A stretch of 62,537 bases of DNA, the filler included, from Chiloscyllium plagiosum (taxonomy: Eukaryota), in NCBI RefSeq assembly GCF_004010195.1. It is 5 parts of one record of this genome, joined end to end, with 100 filler letters (N's around TTAATTAATTAA, not from the genome) between each part and the next. Parts side by side here need not be neighbours in the genome. Positions count along the whole stretch, not along the records: positions 21,472 to 34,484 come from NC_057712.1; positions 34,585 to 40,981 come from NC_057712.1; 3 more parts are not named here. One strand, written 5' to 3'. Of the stretch, positions 24,583-37,390 are shown piece after piece (positions within the stretch are counted from its first letter, which is position 1; every line of letters starts with the position of its first letter). The notes beneath the pieces are model-generated. The model did no database searches, was not told the origin of the DNA, and was given only the letters and a program-made list of their open reading frames with translations. Made by a program: the position numbers and the translations under genes.

Positions 24583-25280
24583 ACTGTATTTGTGTTGCAT
24601 GCTTTCTGTAGAAGTTGTGTAAAGTGCAAAAAAAAAAGCAATTCTGGCTTGGAATCATAATCTTTGTTTAAAGGCAATTGCTAACATTTAACTTTTTATT
24701 TTAATCAGATGATAATTGATACGTGTAGAGTTTCCACACTTTAATATAGCCTGTGTCCATTGACATCAGATGACTACTGCATCTCATTTTGTGTTTCTTC
24801 TCTGATTTAGCTGAAATTGAACCTCACTCAAAAAAGAAAGGTGGGTGATACACCGAATAAAACTGTTTATGTGCACACATGTCACAATTACAAGGTGTGA
24901 AGAAAAAATTAAAACAAATTGCCTTATTTTGCCACATAAAATTAAACTTTTGTCCATACAGCTGGCTTTCGAGAAAGAATAACAGAACACTGATTATATG
25001 ATATGTGGTCTTTATGATACACTTAAGGCTTAAATGTCTTTTGTTGGCAATAATTACTTTAAAAAAGGCTAATGCGTAATTGTACAGCATACATAAACTT
25101 CAATATGTGAAACTACACAATCCAAATGTACTGCTCTCAAACAATGGATAGTACAAAAGCTCAGTACAATGAGAATTTCCAAGCTATCATTATTTATATT
25201 CAAAACTGGTACTGTACAGATTTCCTAATGCATTGTACATTGAAACTGAAAATGAATAAAACTGTTGAACTCCAGGAAGA
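24583..25280 (+). promoter_or_regulatory. Candidate 3' UTR with polyadenylation signal AATAAA at 25255-25260
   Basis: TE-free, several TGTA/TGTAC(A) motifs just upstream of AATAAA; another AATAAA near 24856. Confidence 0.45.
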
Positions 25281-27282
25281 TGGTGATATTAGTAATCTAA
25301 TGATTGAGAGCATGGAGCAGTTTTGTGGCTTAGCTGGCTAGAAATATGACAATTAAGACAGATTCAGTCTGGAATAATCCATTGTGTGTAAAGAAAATTG
25401 ACATTTTTTTACACAGTTATATCAATTGAGGCCATTTTGATGGGAAAATGTTAAAGTATTTGAATCCTGTGTTTGATCTATGTTGGATGTCATTTTATCC
25501 CAGCAGGGCATTGATCTCCATTGTACATTATTCATTGGCTCACTATTACATTAGCAGCAACATCATAATGGAATCTGTTCCAGATATGTTTTTAAATCTT
25601 ATGATACAATTGATAAGTATTGTTTATATCTAAATATTATGTAGTTCAGAAGAGTTAAACAAATTATTTCAAACACATTTGAAAAAAAGTAAACTAAAAT
25701 ACATTATTTTGCATTTCAGAACAAAAATGCTTTTAATAGCTACATATTGGCTGACATTCAAAATAGTAGTAGTGTCAAAAATGTTTCAGGAAAGAAGAAA
25801 GCTCTCAACAGAAGTAGTCATTGCTGCAGGGAATAAATGTGAATTGAGTTCAGTATTGTGTTATGAAACCATCCTCGTGGAATAAAAATCCCTATTTTCT
25901 GCATTGGGATAAGTTATATTTCGTGTGATTTTGATGGCAATGACAAATCATTACTTTAGGATGTAAGTGAATGATGTCGCTACTTGGACAGGGATAAGTG
26001 ATGATGGCTGAACTAAGAAATCAATATTGTCAGGTCAGTCAATTATTTTATGGTAGGTGTGCAATTAAGACAAACCATACACACTACTGACCCTGTTAGA
26101 AGGGTAACGTTGGTGAGGCAATGAAACAACTTGCAAAGTCACTTCCATTTTGGTACACCTTTGGATAAATATCAGAAATTTACTTTTTTTGTTGGAGCCA
26201 AGCAGGCAGTTACTTACAATCCTAAGAATGCAAGAAATAGAAGTATGAGTAGGTCACATGGCCAATTAGACGTGTTCCATTCTTCAACATGCACATGGTT
26301 GAATTTGGGTATCAGCTCCATTTATCTGCCTATTCCTTTGATCCTTTGATTGTTTGAAAATAAAAGCTTTCATTTGGATGCAATGAAGTAGTACTCATAA
26401 CCCTGTAAAATAGAGAATTCCGAAGATTAACAAGACTGATTGAAGTAATTTCCTTCATTACTGCATTTGAAACTCTCCAGAAACATTGCCTCTGTAATTA
26501 CTCCAAGAAATCCATTCAAATCTTTCAAAGAGATTGACTTTCATTTGTCTAAACCTCAGACACGATAAGCCCAATTTTTACACTCTCTCATCATAAGTCA
26601 AACACACACCCATTTCTCGAATCTCAGGAATTGGAAAGGCAATGTTCAGGTTGTGATTGCGCATTATTCCGGTTGGTCCCCGTTTTGGGCTGTGGAGCCA
26701 TCCACAACCCCCCCCCCGTGGGAAGTCATTAATAATTCATATCCATGTCACCTCCATTCCTGGGATGAGAGAAGTAGGGGCTGGATTCCTCACATTACTG
26801 GGAAAATGGCTGCTAGTTCCAATTTTCCCGAAAGTCTCCAATCAAAATTCCCTGGAACCTTTGACTGACTTCCCTGAAAAGGCTTCTGATCTCCCCCACT
26901 CTAAGGACCTCAATCCCTCACGCAAAGGCCTTTGATTTCCCAATAAGGCCTACCACTATGGCTCACACAGTGAAGCATTTAATCTCCCCCCATCCAAGCC
27001 TCTGTTCTAACTTGCCCTGATGACAATGTGAACCTCAATTTCCATGCCCCACCCCATGAAAGAACAAAGAAAAATAATGTAAAATAGATGTAATTCAAAA
27101 AAAGAGACAGGAGGACACAGATCTGAGGGGTTGGAGTTGGGGCATGTGCAAAACTGCTCTTTCCCTGTTGAACTTGGCAGCTGATTATGGCTGTTCAGTA
27201 CAGAAAAATTGTTCCATTACCAGTAAGGTTGATCCTTCCCTCAGTGCAGCTTGCAAAGAGAGAGAGGCAATAGCTGAAGGAT

Positions 27283-28715
27283 TCTAATGTCCCCCTGTAC
27301 AAAAAGGGCAGTAGGGATATTCCAGGTAACTGCAAACCAGTGAGCCTGACATTAGTGGTGGGAAAGTAGGTGGAGAAGGTAATGAGAGATAAAATCTATT
27401 TATATTTGGAAAAGATTGGGCTTATCAGTGATCGGCAACATGGTTTTGTGTGGGGAAGATTGTGCCTGACCAACTTAATAGAATTCTTTGAGGAAGTGAC
27501 CAAGTTGACAGATGAAGGAAGGGCTAGATGTCATATACATGGACTTTAGTAAGGCGTTTGCTAAGGTTTCCCATGGTGAACTAATGGAGAAAATGAAGTC
27601 ACATGGTGTGCAGGGTGTTCTAGCAAGGTGGATAAAGAACTGGTTGAGCAACAGGTGATAGAGAGTAGTAGTTGAAGGGAGTTTCTTGAAATGGAGAAAG
27701 GCGACCAGTGATGTTCCAGAGGGATCAGTGCTGGGGCCACTGTAGTTTGTGATATACATAAATGATCTGGAAGAAGGCATTGTTGGTTTGATCAGTACGT
27801 TTGCAGATGACACGAAGATTGGTGGAGTAGCAGAAAGCATAGGGGACTGTCAAAAATACAGGGGAAAAGGTAGACTGGAGAGTTGTGTGGAGAAGTGGTA
27901 GATGGAGTTCAATCAGGCAAATGTGAGGTGATGCATTTTGGGAAGTCTAATTCTAGAGCGAACTATACTGTAAATGGAAGAGCCTTGAAAGAAGTTGATG
28001 AGCAGAGAGATTTGCGAGTTCAGATGCATTGTACCCTGAAGGTGGCTGCCCAGGTGGATAGAGTGGTCAAGAAGGCATATGGAATGCTTGCCTTCATCAG
28101 ACGGGGTATTGAGTGTAAGAACTGGCAGGTCATGTTAAAATTGTACAAGACTTTGGTTCGGCCGCATTTAGAATACTGTGTACAGTTCTGGTCACCACAT
28201 TACCAAAAGGATGTGGACGCTTTGGATAGGGTGCAGAGAAGGTTTACGAGGATGTTGCCTGATATGGAAGGTGCTCGCTATGAAGAGAGGTTGAGTAGGT
28301 TGCGATTGTTTTCATTCTGAAAAAGGAGATTGAGGGGGGACCTGATTGAGGTCTACAAAATCGTGGGTATAGACAGGGTGAATAGAGATAAGCTTTGTCC
28401 CAGGGTGAGGGGTTCGGTAACGAGGGGTCATGTGTTCAAGGTGAGAGGTGAAAAGTTTAAGGGGGATACATGTGGAAAGTACTTTGCACAGTGGGTGGTA
28501 GGTGCCTAGAACGCATTGCCAGCAGAGGTAGTAGAGGCAGGCATGGTAGACTCATTTAAGGTGTGTCTGTCAGATGCATGAGTGGGTGTGGAGCAGAGGG
28601 ATACAGATTCTTAAGAATTGGACGAGAGGTTGAGACAGTGGATTTGGATCAGTTCAGGCTTGGAGGGCTGAAGCGCCTGTTGCGGCTGTAAATTTTCTTT
28701 GTTCTTTGTTCCTTG
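27283..28715 (+). mobile_element. 5'-truncated CR1 (RT to 3' end)
   Basis: Degenerate YMDFSKAF, VPxGSVLGP, FADD, KCEVMHFG, LVRPHLEYCVQFWSP; tail (TTCTTTG)n. Confidence 0.93.
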
Positions 28716-28767
28716 TTGGCAGTTCTTGCATATTAAAATGTATGTTTTATCTTACTATATATTTGAT

Positions 28768-29305
28768 CATGGGATATGGCATTTCTGATTAGGTCAGTAT
28801 TCATTACCCCTTCCTAATTTCCCAGAGGATAGAGTCAACCACATTGCTGTAGGTTTGGAGTCACATATATGCCAAACCAGGAAGGGATAGCAGATTTTCC
28901 TTCCCTAAAAGACATTTGTGACCTAAATAGATTTTTACAACAATTAACATTGCTTCCAAATTTTATTGAATTCAAATTTCACCATCTGCCATGGTGGGAT
29001 TTGAACCTATGTCCCTAGAACATTAGCCTGGGGTCCTGGATTATTAGGAGAAAGTGAGGACTGCAGATGCTGGAGATCAGAGCTGAAAATCTGTTTCTGG
29101 AAAAGCATAGCAGGTCAGGCAGCATCCAAGGAGCAGGAGAATCGACGTTTTGGGCATGAACCCTTCCTCAGGAATCCCTGAGGAAGGGCTCATGCCCCGA
29201 AATGTCAATTCTCCTGCTCCTTGGATGCTGCCTGACCTGGTGCGCTTTTCCAGCAACACATTTTCAGTTCTGGATTATCAGTCCAATGACAATGGTTCCA
29301 CCCAC
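28768..29305 (-). mobile_element. tRNA-derived SINE of a second family (DeuSINE/SacSINE1-like), interrupted by a Penelope-derived element
   Basis: Minus strand has GGTTCAAATCCCACCATGGCAGATGGTGAAATTTGAATTC (box B region), a conserved core (tagggaaggaaaatctgc..gtgactcc) and a tail like the 13729 LINE. Family name is from memory. Related copies at ~51385-51640 (+) and ~60190-60400 (-). Confidence 0.6.
29045..29269. mobile_element. Fold-back Penelope-derived element with 9-bp TSD
   Basis: Imperfect inverted repeat centred at ~29174; CTGGATTAT at 29036-29044 and 29270-29278; hammerhead-like cores on both strands. Confidence 0.8.
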
Positions 29306-29719
29306 TGTAAGACAGCAAGTTACATCAGACTAGAATGGGCAAAACCGTGACATTCAACATCCTCTTCGCCAACATCAGAGGCATCCCAAATGATTAAGTA
29401 TATCTTGCTAGAATATAGCTCTGAAAACCTGGAGGATTTCAGCTTGAGATTCACTCTGGAGCCAGGTTTAGTTTGAAACATTAGCAAAACAGTAATGCTG
29501 TCATCCCATGTTAAAGAAGAAGAAAATTAGATAAACACCTGCAGAGAAAAAGTTGCAAGGCAGTGTGGAAAGTATAGGGAATGAGTCTTAGTAAATTCGT
29601 CTTGCAGAAAGCTAGCAGAATGGTCTCCTCCTGTTCCCTAACCATGCTATGATTCTATGTTTCTATAACCTTTTCTGCCCAAAACATCTGACCAAGACAC
29701 TAGTTAGATCACAGCTCAA

Positions 29720-30390
29720 ATATTATGAACAGTTTTGGTCCCTTCACTAAGAAAAGATAAAGTGGCTTTAGAAGTAGTCCAGAGAAGACTAGTGGGGTTT
29801 ATACCATAGGTACGAAGAAATTTTTTTATGAGGCGAGGTTGCATTGGCTCGACCTGTACTTATTGGAGTTTAGAAGAATGAGAAGAGACCTTATTGAAAT
29901 ATATAAGATTCTTAGAGTATTTGACAGGGTAGAAGCAGAAGGTCTTGTGGGAGAGTCTAGGTTCATACAGTATAATCTCAGAGTAAAGGGACGCATGTTT
30001 AAGGAAGAAAAATGGAGATTATTTTTCTTTCAGAGGGGAGTGAATCCATGGAATTCTTTACTACAGAAGGTTGTCAAGGTTGGGTCATTAAGTTTGTTCA
30101 AGGTTGAAATAGAGTTTTAATCAGTAAAAGAACGAAGGGTTATGTGAAAAAGGCAGGAAACTGGAATTGAATAGTGGAGGTTTGGAACTTTTCTTCAAAT
30201 GATGGTCAATGCTAATTCAATTGTTAAATTTAAATCTGGATAGACAATGTTTTATTGAGGTAGGGTATCAAGGGGTACGGGCCTAAGGCAGAACTATGGA
30301 GTTAGGCAACAAATCAGCCATGATCTTATTGTGTGACAATGCAGGTTTGAGCAGCTGAATGGCATACTCCTGTTCCTATGTTTCTGTTAG
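29720..30390 (+). mobile_element. Old CR1 3' fragments (two adjacent)
   Basis: LEFRRMRRDLIEIYKILR..FFQRGVNPWNSL; tail ctgaatggcatactcctgttcctatg. Confidence 0.8.
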
Positions 30391-31877
30391 CAGATTGGCC
30401 AAGTTCTCATTCAATGGGCTAATGCCTTCTGCTTCTTTGTCTGATGATCTCATTCATCCAACCCAAGCTCCTGCTCACGGAAGTCTAACTGAAATCCACC
30501 ACTCCTGCTTTGGTCGGAAACTCATTATGGTCAGGACTACAGCTCCTCATGCTGGAATTTAGATTGACCCCTTCACCCCAGTTATGGTTCCAACTTACAA
30601 GATACTGCAACCTGATCTTCAGAGTTTTCCACCTGATTGAAAGTTAATCCTGCCAATCAGACTAGTTTGCAAGCAGCATATTTACTGGGCATAGTCTGCT
30701 GGAAACCCTAGTTACAGGCTTTTCCATTACTGGGTCCTTACATCTCTCAAATAAACTCAAATAGTGAAAGCTCCCCCTTCCCCACAGACTTGGTGTTTTC
30801 TGTGATTCTGTACTTCGGTTTCCCTGAAAGTGGCTCTCATTGTGTTTATTTCATATCTGGGGAAAAAAAGGACCATGAAGCCCAATTTCTACTCCTTGCC
30901 GTCAGTTCCGTAAAATCTGAAAGAAGCTCACTCAGCCTTGGAGATTGTGTCAGTTTATGATATGCAAAAGAAAATTATATTGTTGTGGATAAACTCTATC
31001 TAACTGCATGGAGTTTATAAAAAAAAACTCTATCTAACTGCATGGAGATTGTAAACCTCATTAATCATTCTCCTCAGCTGGATTTTAGATCATGGTCTCC
31101 ACTCCTCTGATAAAATTGGGGGTTGTGGTGGGGCAGGGGGAAGCAGTTGGTCCAGGAGGGAAATGATTGATCGGTAGCCATTTAGTAGCCAATTCACCCT
31201 CAAAAGGCTGTAGCAGAATTTCCACTCCTCAGGGAAAGGACATCTTACCTCAGACAGCTACTGGTCAATCCATGATTAGCCTATCTTCAACACCAGCAGT
31301 GCCACTTGGAGCAGAGTCCACTACTGGTGCCACACTTGTATGATCAGGGACAAGTTACATTGGATTACATTGTGAGCTTTTGAGGGACTTGCTGGTTGCC
31401 AGGCTTGCATGAGAATGTTGAGAGTTGACAGCCCATGATAAATGAGGACCTGGGATTGGGGTAACATATTGGTGGAGTTGGTGTTGGTGATGGGGGTGTA
31501 GTATCCCTTTGATGGACCTTGTGTCTTAGAAACATGTGACACTCACCCACAGGTCACACAGGGAATCCCAATGGATTGGCCACATGGTATAAGTCTCTCT
31601 CACTTCTGGTTAAATCCTGGTCGTGTGGCAGAATGAGATCCTTAAGTAGGTAGCCTCATTGTTTCCTCCAAAGTTTTCTTGCACCTCAATTATCTCTGAA
31701 TGTGACATCCAGTTTCCAGGTGTAAAAAGTTACTAAATGGATAAAAACTATTTTAAAAAAAAGAATACTCTCCTGACTTCTTGACGTAATTGTGTTATTT
31801 GGATATGTTTAATTACAAACCTTAAAATTGAAGTGTGACTGATACTTAGCTTTTCCTTTTTATGTCACCCATTATAG

Positions 31878-31907
31878 GAGTTCTTCGCCCCCCAGCTAAA
31901 CGAAAAG
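31878..31907 (+). other. Possible 30-nt micro-exon
   Basis: ttttcctttttatgtcacccattatag|GAGTTCTTCGCCCCCCAGCTAAACGAAAAG|gttggt; frame-preserving (EFFAPQLNEK or GVLRPPAKRK). Splice signals only. Confidence 0.2.
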
Positions 31908-32474
31908 GTTGGTATTTTCAGTGAGGAAATATTTTATTGTGTTTGTTCAAAGGTTAGTTTCTGGACTGGGTTGAAGTAGCTGACTTCAGTCGGTCATCAA
32001 TTGACCTGGTGCAATTGATAAGTATGTCCTAAGGATCGTAATCAGTATTCATTGACCTGGCTGGACTTGGATGGAACAGAACAAAGGTAACATTTTCAAC
32101 CTGCTTACCAACATTTCAAAAAGTGTATATAAGTACATTCAGTTATAAAGAAAAGTGCTGTCTTATCCATCTCCAAATATTTCGCGCAAAACGTGGGACT
32201 CTTTCTAAAATGGTCATTCACTGTATATCTTTACAATGTGCATCTGCCTCTCTTCTAAATGGTTGACTTTTACATTAAAAGCCTTCTAGACCAATACATT
32301 ATCTGTGCGTTTTGGAAAGAAATTGTATTCTGAACTGAACACACATGCCAATCAGGAGGTTTGAGGTTTGTCTGAAATTAAACATTATTAATGTTAATTG
32401 AGTGAGCTACTAGCATGTTACACTATCAAAACAGCTCAACTATTGAAAAAAGAAATCAGATGGAGCGACTTATG

Positions 32475-33060
32475 TAAGAACATAAGAACTAAGAGCAGAG
32501 TAGGTAATTCAGCCCCTCAAGCATGCTGCTCCATTCAAGTGGACAATCTCAGCCTCAACTCCAGTTTCCTTTTCACTCTCCATAAGTCATTACGAATTAA
32601 AAAACTGTCGGTCTCCTCCTCAAACTTGCTCAATGGCCCGGCATCCAGCTCACTCTAGAATAGTGAATTCCACAGATTCACAAACCCTTGAGAGAAGTAA
32701 TTTCTTCTCATCTCTGTTTTAAACTTACTATCCCTTATCCTAAAACTATGACCTCTCAATCTAGATTGTCCCAGAAGAAGAAACATCATCTCCACAACTA
32801 TTTTGTCAATACATATCTTGATCAGATCTCCACTTATCCTTTTAAACTTGAAAGAGTATCGGCCTAAACTGCTCAATCCCTCTTCATGAGACAAACCCGT
32901 CACTTCTGGAATCAATCTAATGAACCTCCTCTGAATTGTCTCCAAAGCAATTACGTCTCTCCTCAAGTAACAGGACCAAAGCTATATACAATACTCCAGG
33001 TGCAGTCTCACTAATGCCTTGTTTGATTGCAGCAACACCTCCCTGCTTTTATATTCTATT
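32475..33060 (-). mobile_element. Old CR1 3' fragment with internal deletion
   Basis: LETIQRRFIRLIP..RGHS..RRNYFSQGFVNLWNSL; tail taagaacataagaac. Confidence 0.85.
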
Positions 33061-33384
33061 TGCCTCACAGGTAAGTCAATGCAGGGTATAAAGATATAAG
33101 GTGATTCAATTTTTTTCATGCCACATGGCCTTTTTATAGTTTCTCAGCACCCCATTTCTTCAGATAGAAAATGCATGTTTAGGGTGGTAGTCAGTAGATG
33201 GTTTCAGTTTTTCAGCTCAGAGATATATGCTAAGGACTATACCTACCTTACAAGTCACTGCAAGGACTCAAGAATGTAATGTAGGTTGTGCTACCAAAAT
33301 AGATGATAAAAGATTAAGACAGATCCAACACACAAAGTGAGCAGATTTATCAAGTCTCCTTATATAGTAGCCCCCAAATCCACC

Positions 33385-33595
33385 AGCTCAACCGCTTAGA
33401 AGGACAAGGGGAGCAGATGCCCTAACTTGGAACTATATTGGTATTCCTTCACTTCCACTGGGTCAAAATTCTGGAACTTTTCCTGAATAGTACTGTGACT
33501 GCACCTACAATACAGGCAACTCACCACCATTCTGTGCAGAGCACATAAGGATGTGTAATATATGCTGACCTAAGAAAGCAACATCAACATCCATT
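33385..33595 (+). mobile_element. 3' end fragment of the second LINE family
   Basis: tagaaggacaagggga..tgggtcaaaattctggaac..actcaccaccat, similar to 39600-39840. Confidence 0.6.
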
Positions 33596-34135
33596 AATTA
33601 ATGAATTAACCAGTTGTGTTTTCACACATGTATTGCATAGCAACTGACGAACAGAAATGTTTTCCACAACATCAATACCAGGTTCACATTTTAAACTCAT
33701 TACATAAATTGATCCACCTTTTGTTTTGGAAGAATGTTTAAAGTTTTAAAGGTTGACTCATACCACAATCTATGTTCAGAACTGAAACAGAGGTCATAAA
33801 GGCAAACAGGAGGAGGTGTCCATTGCTTAGGCTGCATTGATTGCCAAAGAATCTGAAACCCTACTTTGTACAAGCTAATAGTTCTGAAGGAGTTAATGCT
33901 GAAGACTGCATGAAGTTCCATCCAACCTAATGATGCAATATAACTTAGGTGGGGAAAGATAGAATATCTTAAATCTTCAATTGAAAAGATACTATATCAA
34001 AAGATCTCTCAATAATCTTAGAAGTACTATGTAACTTGTGAATAAAATGTGTACTTCGTTGCTATCAAGCAAAAACTTACAACTCCTAGTAGTTTTCCTC
34101 TAACACTGTAAACTAAGTCAGCCGTTGGACCCAGT

Positions 34136-34484
34136 TCAGGCAGCATCCGAGGAGCAGCCAAATCGACGTTTTGGGCAAAATCCCTTCATCAGGAATGAAG
34201 ACAGAGAGCCTGAAGTGTGGAGAGATAAGCTAGAGGAGGGTGGGGGTGGGGAGAAAGTAGCATAGAGTACAATGGGTAAGTGGGGGAGGAGATGAAGGTG
34301 ATAGGTCAGGGAGGAGAGGGTGGAGTGGATAGGTGGAAAAGGAGATAGGCAGGTAGGACAAGTCCGGACAAGTCATGGGGACAGTGCTGAGCTGGAAGTT
34401 TGGAACTAGGGTGAGGTGGGGGAAGGGGAAATGAGGAAACTGTTGAAGTCCACATTGATGCCCTGGGGTTGAAGTGTTCCGAGG
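34136..34484 (-). mobile_element. Penelope-like 3' end (terminal repeat and end of GIY-YIG ORF) abutting a gap
   Basis: Hammerhead-like core at 34161-34196, purine-rich tract, then minus-strand LGTLQPQGINVDF. Confidence 0.85.
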
Positions 34485-34584
34485 NNNNNNNNNNNNNNNN
34501 NNNNNNNNNNNNNNNNNNNNNNNNNNNNTTAATTAATTAANNNNNNNNNNNNNNNNNNNNNNNNNNNNNNNNNNNNNNNNNNNN

Positions 34585-35325
34585 TAAGGTCCTAGGGAGT
34601 GTTGCTGAACAAAGAGACCTTGGAGTGCAGGTTCATAGCTCCTTGAAAGTGGAGTCGCAGGTAGATAGGATAGTGAAGAAGGCGTTTGGTATGCTTTCCT
34701 TTATTGGTCAGAGTATTGAGTACAGGAGTTGGGAGGTCATGTTGCGGCTGTATAGGACATTGGTTAGGCCACTGTTGAACTATTGCTTGCAATTCTGGCC
34801 TCCTTCCTATCGGAAAGATGTTGTGAAATTTGAAAGGGTTCAGAAAAGATTTACAAGGGTGTTGCCAGGGTTGGCGGATTTGAGCTACAGGGAGATGCTG
34901 AACAGGCTGGAGCTGTTTTCCCTGGAGTGTCGGAAGCTGAGGTGTGACCTTATCGATGTTTACAAAATTATGAGGGGCATAGATAGAATAAATAGACAAA
35001 GTCTTTTTCCTGGGGTCAGAGAGTCCAGAACTATGGGGCATAGGTTTAGGGTGAGAGGGAAAAGATATAAAAGAGAACTAAGGGGCAACGTTTTCACACA
35101 GAGGGTGGTATGTGTATGGAATGAGCTGCCAGAGGATGTGGTAGAGGCTGGTACAATTGCAACATTTAAGAGGCATTTGGATGGGTATATGAATAGGAAG
35201 AGTTTGGCGGGATATGGGCCAGGTGCTGGCAGGTGGGACTAGATTGGGTTGGGATATCTGGTCGGCATGATAGGTTGGACCGAAGGGTCTGTTTTACATG
35301 CTGTACACCTCTATGACTCTATGAC
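34585..35325 (+). mobile_element. Young CR1 3' portion
   Basis: Open 205-aa C-terminal ORF2 (34625-35242) and (CTCTATGA)n tail. Confidence 0.95.
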
Positions 35326-36404
35326 ACTGCCATCAGCCAATTCTTCTCATCTATTGGAGTGAAGTGCATTGTCGAATGACTGGCATCTGTAACCCTAGGA
35401 ACCATAAGAGGAGATCAAGATGGTTCATTCCACTTGGCATCTTTTTTGTACAGTCCTTCAGTCAATTTTTCATCACATAAACAAAGTATGCAACTTCTCA
35501 TCTTCATTTTAAAATCCAGAACAGTTATATATGACAGTAGCTAAGAGTGGACTCAAAACAAGCCCTCAGGTAATATAACTCTCTACATCTACCAAGTCTG
35601 AAAATATTTATCTTACTGTAACCTTTTCCTTTTAGTTATGGATAGATACAAAAGAATACACTTCCTTGAGCAAGGTAGTACTGTGTACCTGCACCCCAGA
35701 GCTGGAAAGTGGAACTAGTATAGTTTCAGTGTAATTTTGGCAGTACGGAGTAGATGGGCCAAAGGGCACTTTCTTTACTGTATGATTCTATAATTAATCA
35801 CATTACATTGAACATGCAGCACATCTACAGGCCATTTGACTGAACTAGTCAATGCCAGTAATAATGCTTCTTCCTACTTCTTTAACCTCAGCCTATCAGG
35901 ATATCCGTTTTAAATGCTTCTACACACAGCTGAATGCTTTTTTGTTTCCCATTGCCAAATCACCTGTGGTACTTTCTTTTCATCCATTAACCACCACTGC
36001 CAGTAAATGACCCATGCGTTGCAATTAATGAATTTCCATGCAAAGCCCGTTAACAGCAATGTAAACCATCAAAGGTGAGGGAGCGATAGGAAGTGGGCTG
36101 GGGATCAGGATATCCTTCTATACCTTCTTGCCTTATTGGTTAACTAGCTTCCCCTTAAATCCATGAATGGAAGTTTTCTAAATTACTGCTTGAGATAGTC
36201 ACTCCCACATTGTGATCATTCGCTGGTGTTATAAATATTTAGTTCACGGTCATGTATTCTACTTTGGATACAATTCTTAGTTTTAAGAATTGATGTAATT
36301 GATTGGGTATGGTAATTGAAACAGCCTGAAGTATGGTGCACTTCAAAGGTTGAGGTCTCGTTGCTTTTCAAAATTACCAGCTAGAAACATAACACCAGAT
36401 CGGT

Positions 36405-37390
36405 TGTGGTCTGTTTTGGGACCACAACGATTCACATTATATGAAGGAACTGATGCCATTGATACTAAGTTTACAGATGACATAAAGTTAAGTGGGGTGG
36501 GGTGGTCAGGTAGTGTTCAGGAAGCGTTCAGGAAGCAGGGAGGCTGTAGAAGGACTTGGACAGGTTGGGAGAGTTGGGGAAAGAAGCAGTGAATAGAATA
36601 AGATGTAGGGAAATATGAGGTCATACACTTTGCTAGGAAGAATAGAGACATAGCCTATTTTCTAAACAGGGAATGACTTCAGAAATGTGTTGCATGGAGA
36701 CACTTTGGTGTCTTAGTTTAGGATTTTCTTAAGATTAACATACAGGTTCAATTGGCAGTTAGGAAGACAAATATAAGATTAGCATTCATTTCAAGAGGGT
36801 TAGAATACAAGAGCTGAGGTATGCCGCTGAGGTGGTGTAAGGCTCTGAACAGGCGGTATTTGGAGTATTGTGAGCAATTTTGGGCCGTATATCTAAGGAA
36901 GGATGTGTTGGTATTTGAGGAGCTCCAGAGGAGGTTTACGAGAATGATCAAGGGGTGGAGGCGTTTGTCATTTGATGAGTGGTTGAGGACTCTGGGTCTC
37001 TCCTCGGAGTATAGAACGATGAAGGGGGTAGTCTGATCGAAACTTGCAGAACACTGAGAGATCTGCGTTGATTGGACATAAAGAAGATCTTTCCACTAGT
37101 AAGAGAGATGAGGATCTGAGGGCAAAGTCTCAGAGTTGCAGGGATGACTGTTTAGAACTGAGATGAGGAATTTCTTCAGCCAGAAGTTGGTTTATTTGTG
37201 GAATTCATTGCCTCAGAAGGCTGTGGAAGCCAAGTCATTGGGTGTATTGAAGACAGAGATAGATAGGTTCTTGATTGGTAAGGGGCTCAAGGTTTCCAGG
37301 GAGAAGGCAGGAGAATGGGTTTGAGAAACATATCACCATGACTAATGGCAAACAGACTTAATGGGCTGAATGGCCTAAATCTGCTGACAT
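36405..37390 (+). mobile_element. Old CR1 RT-to-3' fragment
   Basis: SVLGPQRF..KFTDDIKL, LEYCEQFWAVYLRKD..QRRFTRMI. Confidence 0.85.

Noticed and set aside
30991..31047. 23-bp direct repeat around an A-rich spacer
   Set aside because: Ordinary local duplication with no functional hallmark.
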